Of a stretch of 31,527 bases of DNA, positions 9,767 through 18,250 are shown piece by piece. The stretch comes from Woeseiaceae bacterium (lineage in GTDB: Bacteria > Pseudomonadota > Gammaproteobacteria > Steroidobacterales > Woeseiaceae). The stretch spans positions 1 through 31,527 of the forward strand of contig DATIUU010000131.1 in the NCBI GenBank assembly GCA_035466635.1, read 5' to 3'. The position numbers were made by a program, and so were the translations under genes. Positions within the stretch are counted from its first letter, which is position 1. Each line of letters begins with the position of its first letter. A model generated the notes under the pieces. The model saw nothing but the letters and a program-made list of their open reading frames with translations. It searched no databases and was not told the origin of the DNA.

Positions 9767-9798
9767 CTGCCGGGATCCTGCGCGAGCAGCTACCGCAA

Positions 9799-11157
9799 TT
9801 ACTGGAAATACTGGGCCATGAAGGGCGTCAGGAAGCGGTCTTCCGGGTCGAGCTGCCGCCGGATCTTGCGAAAGAAGTCGAGCCGGGCGCCGTAGACCTG
9901 GCGGGCATAGTCCGCGCGCAGCGAGCGGGTCTGGCTGAACAGGGGCACGCCGGCCCAGTGCTCGGCAAAGTCGGCCAGGTCGATGACGAAGTCCTCCCAG
10001 CCGTTCGCCTGGGTCGACGACGTTTGCAGCGCGATCATCGGTTCGTCGAACGACGGCGAGAGCAGGGCGGAGCGGTCCTGGTACACGTAGTAGCCGACCG
10101 CCGGCATGTCGCAGCGGTAGCGCGACGTCTCGTAATTCTGCCTGCAGAACTGCCGGTAAGCCCGGGCGACCACCGAGAAGTCCGCGGCCGGAAAGCACCA
10201 GGTCGTGTAGAGCAGGTTGCGCGTGCGGCTGAAGTTACGGCCGGACGACCCGGCAAGGGTGTTGTTGCCCGTCGTCACGAAGCGGCCGTTGACGATGCCC
10301 TGCGTCGCCTCGCTGACCGTATCGATCACCTGGTATCGAACCGAATGCAGCGGCAACAGGCGGTTGAACGACTTGAACAGGCCGGGCAGCACGGTCGTCT
10401 CTCCCCAGTCCTTGATCTTCCACGGTGTCCTGTAGGTGTGGCCCGCGGAATCCGAGTAGCGCCGCAAGTCGAGGTAGACGCGGTCGCGGTAGGGCAGCAG
10501 GTAGAACTTGAACCCGACATCGTTGTTGGCCAGCGTATCGACGACGCGGCAGAAATCGTCGATCGGCAGCTTGCGATGGCTGACCGTGAAATTGGCGATC
10601 GGCTGCACCTTGAGCGTCGCCTCGGTGATGACGCCGAGCAGGCCATAGCTCGAGCGGACTGCACCCAGCAGGTTTTGCTGGCGGGCGTCCACTTTCATCA
10701 GTTTGCCCGCGGGTGTGACGAGCTTGGCACTCAGCACCCGGCTCGCGAGGCAGGCGGAGCGCTTGCCGATGCCCGGGCCCATGCTCGGCGCCGCGATCGC
10801 ACCGCCCAGCGTGCGTCCTGCGAGTTCGTGGGCGCCCACGAGTTCGAGGCCGTGCTCAGCCAGGGCCTCCGCGAGGCGGTAGATTCGCACGCCCGCCTGC
10901 GCGGTCACCGTGTTGTTGAAGGTATCGATGTTGAGGATGTTATCGAGGGGATTGACACTGATGACGGTGCCGGCCGGTGTCGTGTTGCAGCCCGTGGATG
11001 CACTGCGGGCGCCGGCAGGCCGGATCGGCGTGGGCGTGCGTGCGTCGGGATTCATCAGCCGCATCAGTTCGCGCGTGCTGTTGATCGTGTACTCGGTGCT
11101 CCCGCCGATCGCCGGGCGCACGAAGCGCCCGGTATTGCGAAGTCTCGCTGCAGTCAT
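9799..11157 (-). CDS. FAD-linked oxidoreductase, VAO/PCMH fold (ALO/GULO-like, divergent)
   Basis: FAD_binding_4 features: TVTAQAGV, TLGGAIA, SYGLLGVITEATL, and the C-terminal LDPEDRFL. Start placed at ATG 11157, which has GGAG 6 nt upstream; 11163 and 11196 are possible. Confidence 0.85.
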   Translation of the reverse strand: MTAARLRNTGRFVRPAIGGSTEYTINSTRELMRLMNPDARTPTPIRPAGARSASTGCNTTPAGTVISVNPLDNILNIDTFNNTVTAQAGVRIYRLAEALAEHGLELVGAHELAGRTLGGAIAAPSMGPGIGKRSACLASRVLSAKLVTPAGKLMKVDARQQNLLGAVRSSYGLLGVITEATLKVQPIANFTVSHRKLPIDDFCRVVDTLANNDVGFKFYLLPYRDRVYLDLRRYSDSAGHTYRTPWKIKDWGETTVLPGLFKSFNRLLPLHSVRYQVIDTVSEATQGIVNGRFVTTGNNTLAGSSGRNFSRTRNLLYTTWCFPAADFSVVARAYRQFCRQNYETSRYRCDMPAVGYYVYQDRSALLSPSFDEPMIALQTSSTQANGWEDFVIDLADFAEHWAGVPLFSQTRSLRADYARQVYGARLDFFRKIRRQLDPEDRFLTPFMAQYFQ

Positions 11158-11252
11158 AGTCATCTCCGGCACAGAAAAGTCGCAGGCCAAAGACACGGCG
11201 GGGGCGGATCGGGAAAGCCAGACGGCAAGATTCGTCGACGCGAATCGGGACT

Positions 11253-11340
11253 CGTGTTGGCGGCCCCGCTATCCTGGGTTCTACCCGTGGACCGGAAGCT
11301 TTGCGACCCTGGCTTTCGCCAAGTGTGCCTTTGTCAAACG
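11253..11340 (-). ncRNA. Cyclic di-GMP-I (GEMM) riboswitch aptamer
   Basis: Minus strand CGUUUGACAAAGGCACAC-UUGGC-GAAA-GCCAG-GGUCGCAAAGCUUCCGGUCCAC-GGGU-AGA-ACCC-AGGAUAGCGGGGCCGCCAACACG. It has P1, a P2 with GNRA tetraloop, the GCAAAG junction and P3. The ligand-contacting equivalents G20 (11329), A47 (11302) and C92 (11260) of the Vibrio Vc2 aptamer are present. Confidence 0.92.
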
Positions 11341-11347
11341 ATGAGCC

Positions 11348-11377
11348 ATCGTCGCACGCAGCCGGGAAAACTGTCAA
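11348..11377 (-). promoter_or_regulatory. Putative promoter of the riboswitch-oxidoreductase transcript
   Basis: TTGACA (11377-11372), 18 nt, GACGAT (11353-11348). The predicted +1 falls at about 11341, at the aptamer 5' end. Confidence 0.5.
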
Positions 11378-11522
11378 CGAAACGCGAGCACCGAGAATTA
11401 TTCTGTCAAATCTCGCGGCAGGGAGGCCGGTCCGCGCTGCACGCGGTCCGGCTGCGCGAGGGCCTGGATTCCAGCCGCGAATGAGAACCGATCAGCCGCG
11501 CTGACCGTCGCCCGATGGGCAG

Positions 11523-11554
11523 GGAGCCCGGAGTCGTTTCCGGGCTCCTGCTTT
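11523..11554 (+). terminator. Strong hairpin, terminator-like
   Basis: Perfect 10-bp stem GGAGCCCGGA-gtcgtt-TCCGGGCTCC, then TGC and TTT. Confidence 0.5.
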
Positions 11555-11614
11555 CCGAAGCCGGTCAAACGTCCGTTTTCACGCAACCCTCGCGTGCTGG
11601 GTGATAATGAGCGC

Positions 11615-13132
11615 ATGGGCATGTTCGAGACACTGGTAGGAAGCCGGGTACCGACCAGATACCGCAAGTACTTCGACCTGCCGGAGCGTCGTGACTCGTT
11701 CAAGGTTGCGGATACGGCCGGCACCTTGCTCGGCTCCGCCGTAAACACCTGGATGTCCGCCAATACGGGGCCGTGCGGCGTGTTCAGGGTGCAGCTCGGT
11801 ATCGACGCACTGTGCCTGCGCCTCGGCCTCATCGACAAGGCCGAGCGCAGTATCGATATCCAGAGCTATCTCATCCGCGACGACCTGAGCGGCAACCTGA
11901 TTGCGCTCAAGCTCATCGAGGCCGCGGACAGGGGCGTGCGGGTCCGGTTGCTGATGGACGATGCGCTGACCGAGCCGATCGATGCCGGCCTGTTGAGCCT
12001 GAATGATCACATCAATATCGAAGTAAGGGTCTTCAACCCGTTTCCACGGCGCCGTTCACGGCTGATCAGCTTTATCGCGAACTTCAACATCCTCAACCGG
12101 CGGATGCACAACAAGTCGTTCACGGTGGACAACCAGGTGACGATCGTCGGCGGCCGCAACCTGGCGGACGAGTACTACCAGACGAGCGTGAAAAGCGAAT
12201 TCCTGGACGAGGACATTGCGGCCATCGGTCCCGTGGTGGACGACGTCTCGGATGGCTTCGACGAGTACTGGAATACCAAGGAAGCCATCCCGATAAGCGT
12301 CTTCGACAAGTACCTGCCGCACCAGGCACTCAACGAGACGATGGCCGCGGGACACCGCCACATAGAAACACACAGGGACAGCCCGGTCATCCGCGGCCTC
12401 AATGAGCACCTGGTCCGTGACCTCGTCGACGGCAAATTGCCGTGGGTCTCGGCAAGGGCCGAGCTGGTGCTCGACCATCCCGACAGGGTACGCGGTCTCG
12501 TTCGCCGGCAGATCGGTGACGTTACGGAGCGGCTGATCAAGATGGTGTCGTCCGCCCGCAAGGAAGTCATCGTCGTCTCACCGTATTTCGTTCCGCAACG
12601 CGAAGGCGTCGACTTCTTCGCCGCTCTCGCAAAGAAGGGCGTGCGCGTCGTCATCCTGACGAATTCGCTTGCATCCACGAACCATTCCAGCGTGCATGCG
12701 GTGTATGCGCGCTACCGGAAACCGCTGTTGAGGCAGGGTATCGAACTCTACGAGCTGCGGCCGATCGAGGACGGCAGCGCGGTCGGTGATGTCGACCCCG
12801 CAAGGCTGACGCTGCACTCCAAGGTTGCAATCGTCGATCGCCTGGCCGCGTTCGTCGGCTCGTTCAATCTCGATCCGCGCTCGTTGTACATCAACACCGA
12901 GCTGGGCATGGTGGTCGAATCCGGCGAGGTCGCGGAGGCAATGGCCGCTTCCGGCCTCGATTCGCTGCGGACGGTGGCCTACCGGCTGCAGCTGAACAGC
13001 AAGGGGCGCATCAACTGGCACTACGTCAGCAACGGGCTCGAGCTCGTGGCGCGGACCGAGCCGGACACGAGCTTCTGGCGCCGCCTGCGCACGCGTCTCA
13101 TGGGCCTGCTGCCGATCGAGGGCCAGATGTAG
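11615..13132 (+). CDS. Phospholipase D family protein (cardiolipin synthase ClsC/YmdC-like)
   Basis: Two HKD motifs, RRMHNKSFTVD and TLHSKVAIVD, plus GGRNLADEY and GSFNLDPRS. ATG 11615 is preferred over GTG 11594. Confidence 0.93.
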   Translation: MGMFETLVGSRVPTRYRKYFDLPERRDSFKVADTAGTLLGSAVNTWMSANTGPCGVFRVQLGIDALCLRLGLIDKAERSIDIQSYLIRDDLSGNLIALKLIEAADRGVRVRLLMDDALTEPIDAGLLSLNDHINIEVRVFNPFPRRRSRLISFIANFNILNRRMHNKSFTVDNQVTIVGGRNLADEYYQTSVKSEFLDEDIAAIGPVVDDVSDGFDEYWNTKEAIPISVFDKYLPHQALNETMAAGHRHIETHRDSPVIRGLNEHLVRDLVDGKLPWVSARAELVLDHPDRVRGLVRRQIGDVTERLIKMVSSARKEVIVVSPYFVPQREGVDFFAALAKKGVRVVILTNSLASTNHSSVHAVYARYRKPLLRQGIELYELRPIEDGSAVGDVDPARLTLHSKVAIVDRLAAFVGSFNLDPRSLYINTELGMVVESGEVAEAMAASGLDSLRTVAYRLQLNSKGRINWHYVSNGLELVARTEPDTSFWRRLRTRLMGLLPIEGQM

Positions 13133-14734
13133 CTACTGGTTGTCGGGGCCCAGGCATTCCTGCAGCTCCGCGGAGTAACGTTCCTCGCGGAGTGCCCCGC
13201 GCTCCATGCTTATCTGGTAGCCGACGTAGTACTTGAACACGTTGCTCACGTAGGTGACGGTCTCGCTGCCGATGCGGCGTGCGGCGATGATCTCGACGTT
13301 ATCGAACCACCGGTCGGGATCGTAGCCGTTCTCGGCCGCTTCGCGCCGATACCGGTTGATCTTCGCCGGGCCCGCATTGTAGGCCGCGAGGCTGAACAGC
13401 CACTGGTTCAGCTTGTTGAATCGTTCGTCCCCGAAATACCGGTCGGCGATGAAGCGCATGTACCTGGTACCCGCATGGATATTGCCGTCGACCGTGGAAA
13501 CGTCGTCGATGCCGACGTTCGGGTCTGCAGCCGTCGATGGCTTGATCTGCATGATGCCGACCGCGCCCGCGGGACTCCGCCGGTCCTGCCGCAGCCCCGA
13601 TTCCTGGAATGCCTGCGCGGCGAGCATCAGCCAGTCGAAATCGAATACCTCGCCGTATTTCTGGAACACGGCGACGAGATCCTGGAGTTCCCGCAGCGAG
13701 TTGCGCGAGTGCGAACAACGGACGGTGGCCGCGCTGGACAGGTAGCGGTTGTAGGTATCGTTCCCGACCAGCGTCCCCTTGCCGTATTTCCTCAGGAAGC
13801 CCTGGATGACCGCCGCGAACTGCGGGCTGTCCTTGCGCATCGCCCAGGCTATCGAGCCGCCTCCGTTGATGACGAGGTCGTCGCGGACCACGATGTGCGG
13901 GAATACCGTCGCCCAGAACTCGGCCTTGTAATCGTCCAGCACGGTAATGGCGATCAGCCCGCCGTTGACCATCTCCAGCAGGTCCTCCGCTTCGAGCAGT
14001 TCGTCGGCAAGCCGCAGCACGGGCGGTTCGAGACCGCGCCGCTCGAAATCGTCCACCAGGGCCTGCAGGTGTTCGAAGTAGCTGCTCGATCCGCGCACGA
14101 CGATATCCTGCCCGGCCAGGTCGTCCAGGGTATCGAGCGGCGGTGCGCCGGGGCCGGTCACGACGACCTCGTCGATGCCCCGGAGCATGGGGCGGGCGAA
14201 GTCGACGAGTTCGGCCCGCTCCCGCGTGATCGTGAGGTCGCCGGCGACCAGGTCCGCATGGCCTTCGAGCAGTGCCGGTATGAGCCGGTCGCGGCTGAGC
14301 GGGATTACGACAACGTAGACCTTGACGTGGCGCCGGCCCAGCTCCTCGTTGATGTGGGACTCCAGGCGTTGCAGCAGGTCGTACGAGGCGCCCCTGGGCA
14401 AGCCTTGATCGTAATAGAACTGATAGCCGCCGAAAGGCACCACGGCGCGGATGATGCGGCGCTCCACCATGCCCTCGAAATCGCCGTACCACGGCTCCCA
14501 GATGACGCGGAACGGCATCGGCAGGGCGTCACCGGCAGACGGACCCCCTTCCCCGGCGAGGTAGCCCGGCTGCGGATTTTCCCCTGCATTCGAAGCAGCC
14601 TCCTCCTCGCCGCTTTGCGACTCGATCGCTGCCGCCTCCGCATCCTCGGGGGCGGCCGATTCCACCGCTGCCCGGTCGCCACCGCAGGCAGCGAAGCAGG
14701 CGCAGGCCAGCAATAGAACAAAACGCGCAGTCAT
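13133..14734 (-). CDS. MltF-like lytic transglycosylase (substrate-binding domain + SLT domain), lipoprotein-like N-terminus
   Basis: Type-2 periplasmic binding domain (GHADLVAGDLTIT..R), then SLT motifs AQAFQESG, AVGIMQI and LAAYNAGP. Confidence 0.92.
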   Translation of the reverse strand: MTARFVLLLACACFAACGGDRAAVESAAPEDAEAAAIESQSGEEEAASNAGENPQPGYLAGEGGPSAGDALPMPFRVIWEPWYGDFEGMVERRIIRAVVPFGGYQFYYDQGLPRGASYDLLQRLESHINEELGRRHVKVYVVVIPLSRDRLIPALLEGHADLVAGDLTITRERAELVDFARPMLRGIDEVVVTGPGAPPLDTLDDLAGQDIVVRGSSSYFEHLQALVDDFERRGLEPPVLRLADELLEAEDLLEMVNGGLIAITVLDDYKAEFWATVFPHIVVRDDLVINGGGSIAWAMRKDSPQFAAVIQGFLRKYGKGTLVGNDTYNRYLSSAATVRCSHSRNSLRELQDLVAVFQKYGEVFDFDWLMLAAQAFQESGLRQDRRSPAGAVGIMQIKPSTAADPNVGIDDVSTVDGNIHAGTRYMRFIADRYFGDERFNKLNQWLFSLAAYNAGPAKINRYRREAAENGYDPDRWFDNVEIIAARRIGSETVTYVSNVFKYYVGYQISMERGALREERYSAELQECLGPDNQ

Positions 14735-14847
14735 CGATCACCGTCAATTTCACTGGATCGGCACATTCTCGCAGCGCACGGGGCGTATCGCCAGATTCAG
14801 GCGCAGCATGCTTGACGCCCGTCCGCTGCACGGCCGAGACTGTGCGC

Positions 14848-15816
14848 ATGACCGAACTCGATTCCAGCGACGTGGCCGCGGCCGCCCGGGATGCACGCGA
14901 CCGGGTCGCGGGCCTGGCGAGAGAAACGCCGCTGGATTACTCGTGGCGCTTCAGTGCCGCGATCGGTGCCGACGTGCACTTCAAGCGGGAGAACCTCCAG
15001 TACACCGGCTCGTTCAAGCTTCGCGGTGCGGCGAATCGTCTCCTGACGCTGAAGAGCGCGCAACGGCGTGCCGGTTGCGTGGCCGCGTCCAGCGGCAATC
15101 ACGGCGCTGCCGTCGCCTACGCGATGCACGAGCTGGGCATCGGCGGCGTGATCTTCGTGCCCGAACAGACGTCCCCGGCCAAGGTCGAGGCGATCCGGAG
15201 TTATGGCGGCGACGTGCGGTTCTTCGGCACCGACGGGCTCGATACGGAGGAGCATGCGCGAGGCTATGCCGCTGAGCACGGGATGTTCTACGTGTCTCCC
15301 TACAACGATCCGGCCGTCATTGCGGGGCAGGGTACCTGCGGGATCGAAATCGCGGCATCGCTGCCGCAGGCCGACACGGTCTACGTTGCCGTCGGCGGCG
15401 GCGGGCTGATCGCTGGCGTTGCCAGCGTGCTCAAGGCCGGCAACCCCGCGATCCGGATCGTCGGCTGCCAGCCCGAGGCGTCGGCCGTGATGGCGCATTC
15501 GGTCGCGGCCGGCCGGATTCTCGACGAGTCGAGCGCGCCGACGCTATCCGACGGTACTGCGGGCGGCATAGAACAGGGCGCGATCACGTTCGGGCTCTGC
15601 AGCACCCTGGTCGACGAGTTCGTGCTCGTGAGCGAGGCCGAGATTGCCGCGGCCATGCGGCACTTCATCGACTACGAGCATCAGCTCATCGAGGGCGCCG
15701 CGGGCGTCGCCGTGGCCGCCATGATCAAGCAGCGCGAGGCGCTCGGCGGACAGAAGGTCGTGGTACTGATCTGCGGCGGCAATGTCAGCCGCGAGACCCT
15801 GAGGCGGATACTCTGA
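14848..15816 (+). CDS. PLP-dependent threonine/serine dehydratase (no ACT domain)
   Basis: KRENLQYTGSFKLRG (PLP lysine), SSGNHG, VAVGGGGLI and CGGN motifs. Start set to ATG 14848. Confidence 0.94.
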   Translation: MTELDSSDVAAAARDARDRVAGLARETPLDYSWRFSAAIGADVHFKRENLQYTGSFKLRGAANRLLTLKSAQRRAGCVAASSGNHGAAVAYAMHELGIGGVIFVPEQTSPAKVEAIRSYGGDVRFFGTDGLDTEEHARGYAAEHGMFYVSPYNDPAVIAGQGTCGIEIAASLPQADTVYVAVGGGGLIAGVASVLKAGNPAIRIVGCQPEASAVMAHSVAAGRILDESSAPTLSDGTAGGIEQGAITFGLCSTLVDEFVLVSEAEIAAAMRHFIDYEHQLIEGAAGVAVAAMIKQREALGGQKVVVLICGGNVSRETLRRIL

Positions 15817-15882
15817 GACCGGTTCATTGAACCCGGGGCGGCATTCGCCCTCAAAAGCCGTGGGCCGAAAGCAGGAGCTGTC

Positions 15883-17226
15883 ATGCATCGATGCGTTGTG
15901 ACTGTCATCGCGGTATTCGCCGCCGGCGTGGCAGCCGCAGATACCGTCGCGTTCGTCAACGTCAACGTGATCCCGATGTCGGAAGAACGCATCGTCCCGC
16001 AGCAAACCGTCATCGTCACCGACGGCGTTATCGCCGGAATCGGCCACGTCGACGAGATGCCCGTGCCCGAGGCGGCCGTGGTCGTCGACGGCACCGACCG
16101 TTTCCTGGTGCCGGGCCTCGCCGAGATGCATGCGCACGTTGCGCCCGCCGCGTCCGCTGATCTCGAGCGTGACTTCGCGCTTTTCATTGCCAACGGCGTG
16201 ACGACCGTTCGCGGCATGCTGGGGCATCCCTCGCACCTGCCGCTGCGCGCCGAGTTGCTCGAAGGCGACAGGATCGGGCCCCGGTTGATTACCTCGGGCC
16301 CGTCGCTCGACGGGCGCTCGGTCAGCGGCGCCGCGGACGGCGCGCGCCAGGTACGCGAGCAGCACGCGGCAGGGTACGACTTCATCAAGATCCATCCCGG
16401 GCTCGACGACGGGGAATTCAGGGCGATCGCCGCAACGGCAAACGAACTGGGGTTGCCCTTCGCCGGGCACGTTCCCGTCGAAGTCGGTCTCGCCGGCGCG
16501 CTCGCATCGGGCATGGCGAGCATCGATCACCTCGACGGCTACATGGCGGCACTGATGCCGGCACAGTACGACGATTCGGGCGGCTTCGGCGGGTTCTTCG
16601 ACGTCCTGCTGGCCGACGACGTCGACGTGGACGCAATAGTGAGTCTCGCCGCCGCGACGGCCGCGGCCGGCACCTGGGTCGTGCCGACGGAAACGCTCGT
16701 GGAGCAGGTCGTCAACGACGTGGCCGCAAGCGAGCTCGCCCGCCGGGCAGAAATGCAGTACATGCCCGCGGCCACGGTCGAGAGCTGGCTGCAGGCAAAA
16801 GAGCGGCAGCAGCAGGAACGCGGATTCAGCCCCGAAGTTGCCGCGAAGGCCATCTACGTGCGCCGCGCCCTGATACGGCAGCTGCACGATGCCGGCGCCG
16901 GTATCCTGCTCGGCTCCGACGCGCCCCAGGTCTTCAACGTGCCGGGATTCTCCGTCCACCGCGAACTCGCGTTGCTGGTTGCCGCGGGGCTGACGCCGTT
17001 CGAGGCACTGCAGGCCGGTACCGCGAACGTCGCGGAGTTCCTCGGCCTGAGGACGGGCGTCATAGAGACCGGCCGCGAGGCGGATCTCGTCCTGCTCGAT
17101 GCGAACCCCCTCCAGGACATCGCCGCCACCCGCCGCATACATGGTGTCATGGCCCGGGGCCGGTGGTACCCGGCGGCCGAGATCGACGCCCTGCTCGAGC
17201 GCCTCCGGCGCGATGCCCGCGACTGA
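15883..17226 (+). CDS. Secreted amidohydrolase-family protein
   Basis: Signal peptide; PGLAEMHAHV metal motif; FIKIH, GHV, DHLDG and GSDAP; strong AGGAG SD. Confidence 0.9.
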   Translation: MHRCVVTVIAVFAAGVAAADTVAFVNVNVIPMSEERIVPQQTVIVTDGVIAGIGHVDEMPVPEAAVVVDGTDRFLVPGLAEMHAHVAPAASADLERDFALFIANGVTTVRGMLGHPSHLPLRAELLEGDRIGPRLITSGPSLDGRSVSGAADGARQVREQHAAGYDFIKIHPGLDDGEFRAIAATANELGLPFAGHVPVEVGLAGALASGMASIDHLDGYMAALMPAQYDDSGGFGGFFDVLLADDVDVDAIVSLAAATAAAGTWVVPTETLVEQVVNDVAASELARRAEMQYMPAATVESWLQAKERQQQERGFSPEVAAKAIYVRRALIRQLHDAGAGILLGSDAPQVFNVPGFSVHRELALLVAAGLTPFEALQAGTANVAEFLGLRTGVIETGREADLVLLDANPLQDIAATRRIHGVMARGRWYPAAEIDALLERLRRDARD

Positions 17227-17236
17227 CCATGCCGTT

Positions 17237-17264
17237 TGCAACCAATCGGCTCCGGGCGGCGTCT
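17237..17264 (+). promoter_or_regulatory. ECF sigma-type promoter
   Basis: TGCAACC-N16-CGTCT matches the general ECF -35 AAC / -10 CGT architecture. Confidence 0.6.
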
Positions 17265-17307
17265 TAAAGGATACATGACAAACGCACGGGTAAGCCGGGA
17301 GTCAATG

Positions 17308-18066
17308 ATGCGTGGAATTATCGTAATGGCGATGTTCGCCGTGAGCCTGTCACATGCGGGGGCGAAACAGTACACCGAGGTGAGGAATCTCGACCTGGAT
17401 GCCGCCGGATTGGCCGAAGTGTTCATCGACGCCGGCGCCGGCGCCCTCGTCGTGACCGGTGTCGAGGGCAGCAACGAGATCGTCGTGGTGGCGACGATAA
17501 TCGTGGACACCGCCGATGCCGGGGAAGCGGCGAAGTTCATCGAGAAGCGCCTGCGCCTCGATCTTGCGAAGGACGGCGACAGGGCGGAGTTGCAGGCGGG
17601 CTTCAGCCCGGGCTGGGGCTGGGGCGACAATGCCGCCATTGATCTCGACGTGCGCATGCCGGCGCAGCTCACCCTCGTGATCGACGATGGCTCCGGCCTC
17701 GTGAAGGTTCATGACGTCTCGGGCGACGTGAGCATCGACGACGGCAGCGGCGCGATCGAGCTCGCGAATTCGGGCGCTGTCGACATCGACGACGGCAGCG
17801 GTTCCATCAGTCTCGCGAATACGGGCGCGGTGACAATCGACGACGGCTCGGGTTCGATCACGATCGTCGGGGCCGCTGGCGACGTGTACGTCGAGGACGG
17901 CTCCGGCACGATCGACATCCGGGGAGTCCGCGGCAGCGTCACGGTGGACGACGGGTCCGGTGACATCGACCTCGACGACGTCGAGCAGGACCTGGTCATC
18001 GAGGAAGCCGGCAGCGGCGCGCTGCGCTACACGAACGTCCGCGGCTCGATCCAGCGGCACGACTGA
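17308..18066 (+). CDS. Exported beta-strand repeat protein (DUF4097/putative adhesin-like)
   Basis: Signal peptide MRGIIVMAMFAVSLSHAGA; six (D/E)DGSG repeats at 17-18 aa period plus EAGSG; GGGAG SD. Confidence 0.85.
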   Translation: MRGIIVMAMFAVSLSHAGAKQYTEVRNLDLDAAGLAEVFIDAGAGALVVTGVEGSNEIVVVATIIVDTADAGEAAKFIEKRLRLDLAKDGDRAELQAGFSPGWGWGDNAAIDLDVRMPAQLTLVIDDGSGLVKVHDVSGDVSIDDGSGAIELANSGAVDIDDGSGSISLANTGAVTIDDGSGSITIVGAAGDVYVEDGSGTIDIRGVRGSVTVDDGSGDIDLDDVEQDLVIEEAGSGALRYTNVRGSIQRHD

Positions 18067-18126
18067 ACCGCCACGGCGGTTCGATCGACGACCCCCCGCA
18101 AGGCCCGGATCCCGGTTTTCGGGCCC

Positions 18127-18156
18127 GCAAAGCCCGCCCGCAATGGCGGGCTTTGC
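18127..18156. terminator. Intrinsic terminator-like hairpin
   Basis: Perfect 12-bp stem GCAAAGCCCGCC-cgcaat-GGCGGGCTTTGC after the DUF4097 gene. Confidence 0.65.
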
Positions 18157-18250
18157 CATGTCGGGCTAGAATGAACGCGGACCTGCAGAGCGGACGTGCC
18201 GCCAGGTTACGCGGACAACAAGCCGTTTCCGGCGACAGGAAGGGGGTACG

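Noticed and set aside
11332-11409. Three TGTCAA (TTGACA) copies at 11332, 11372 and 11404
   Set aside because: Spacing is uneven (40 and 32 nt). One copy is part of the riboswitch P1 and one is the likely -35, so there is no evidence for a repeat-binding regulator.
13130-13135. Convergent PLD and MltF-like stop codons abutting with no terminator
   Set aside because: Tight convergent packing is common and there is no sign of functional coupling.
15883-17226. EMHAH instead of DxHxH in the amidohydrolase
   Set aside because: Both metal His residues are retained and the variant is common in secreted members as far as I recall.
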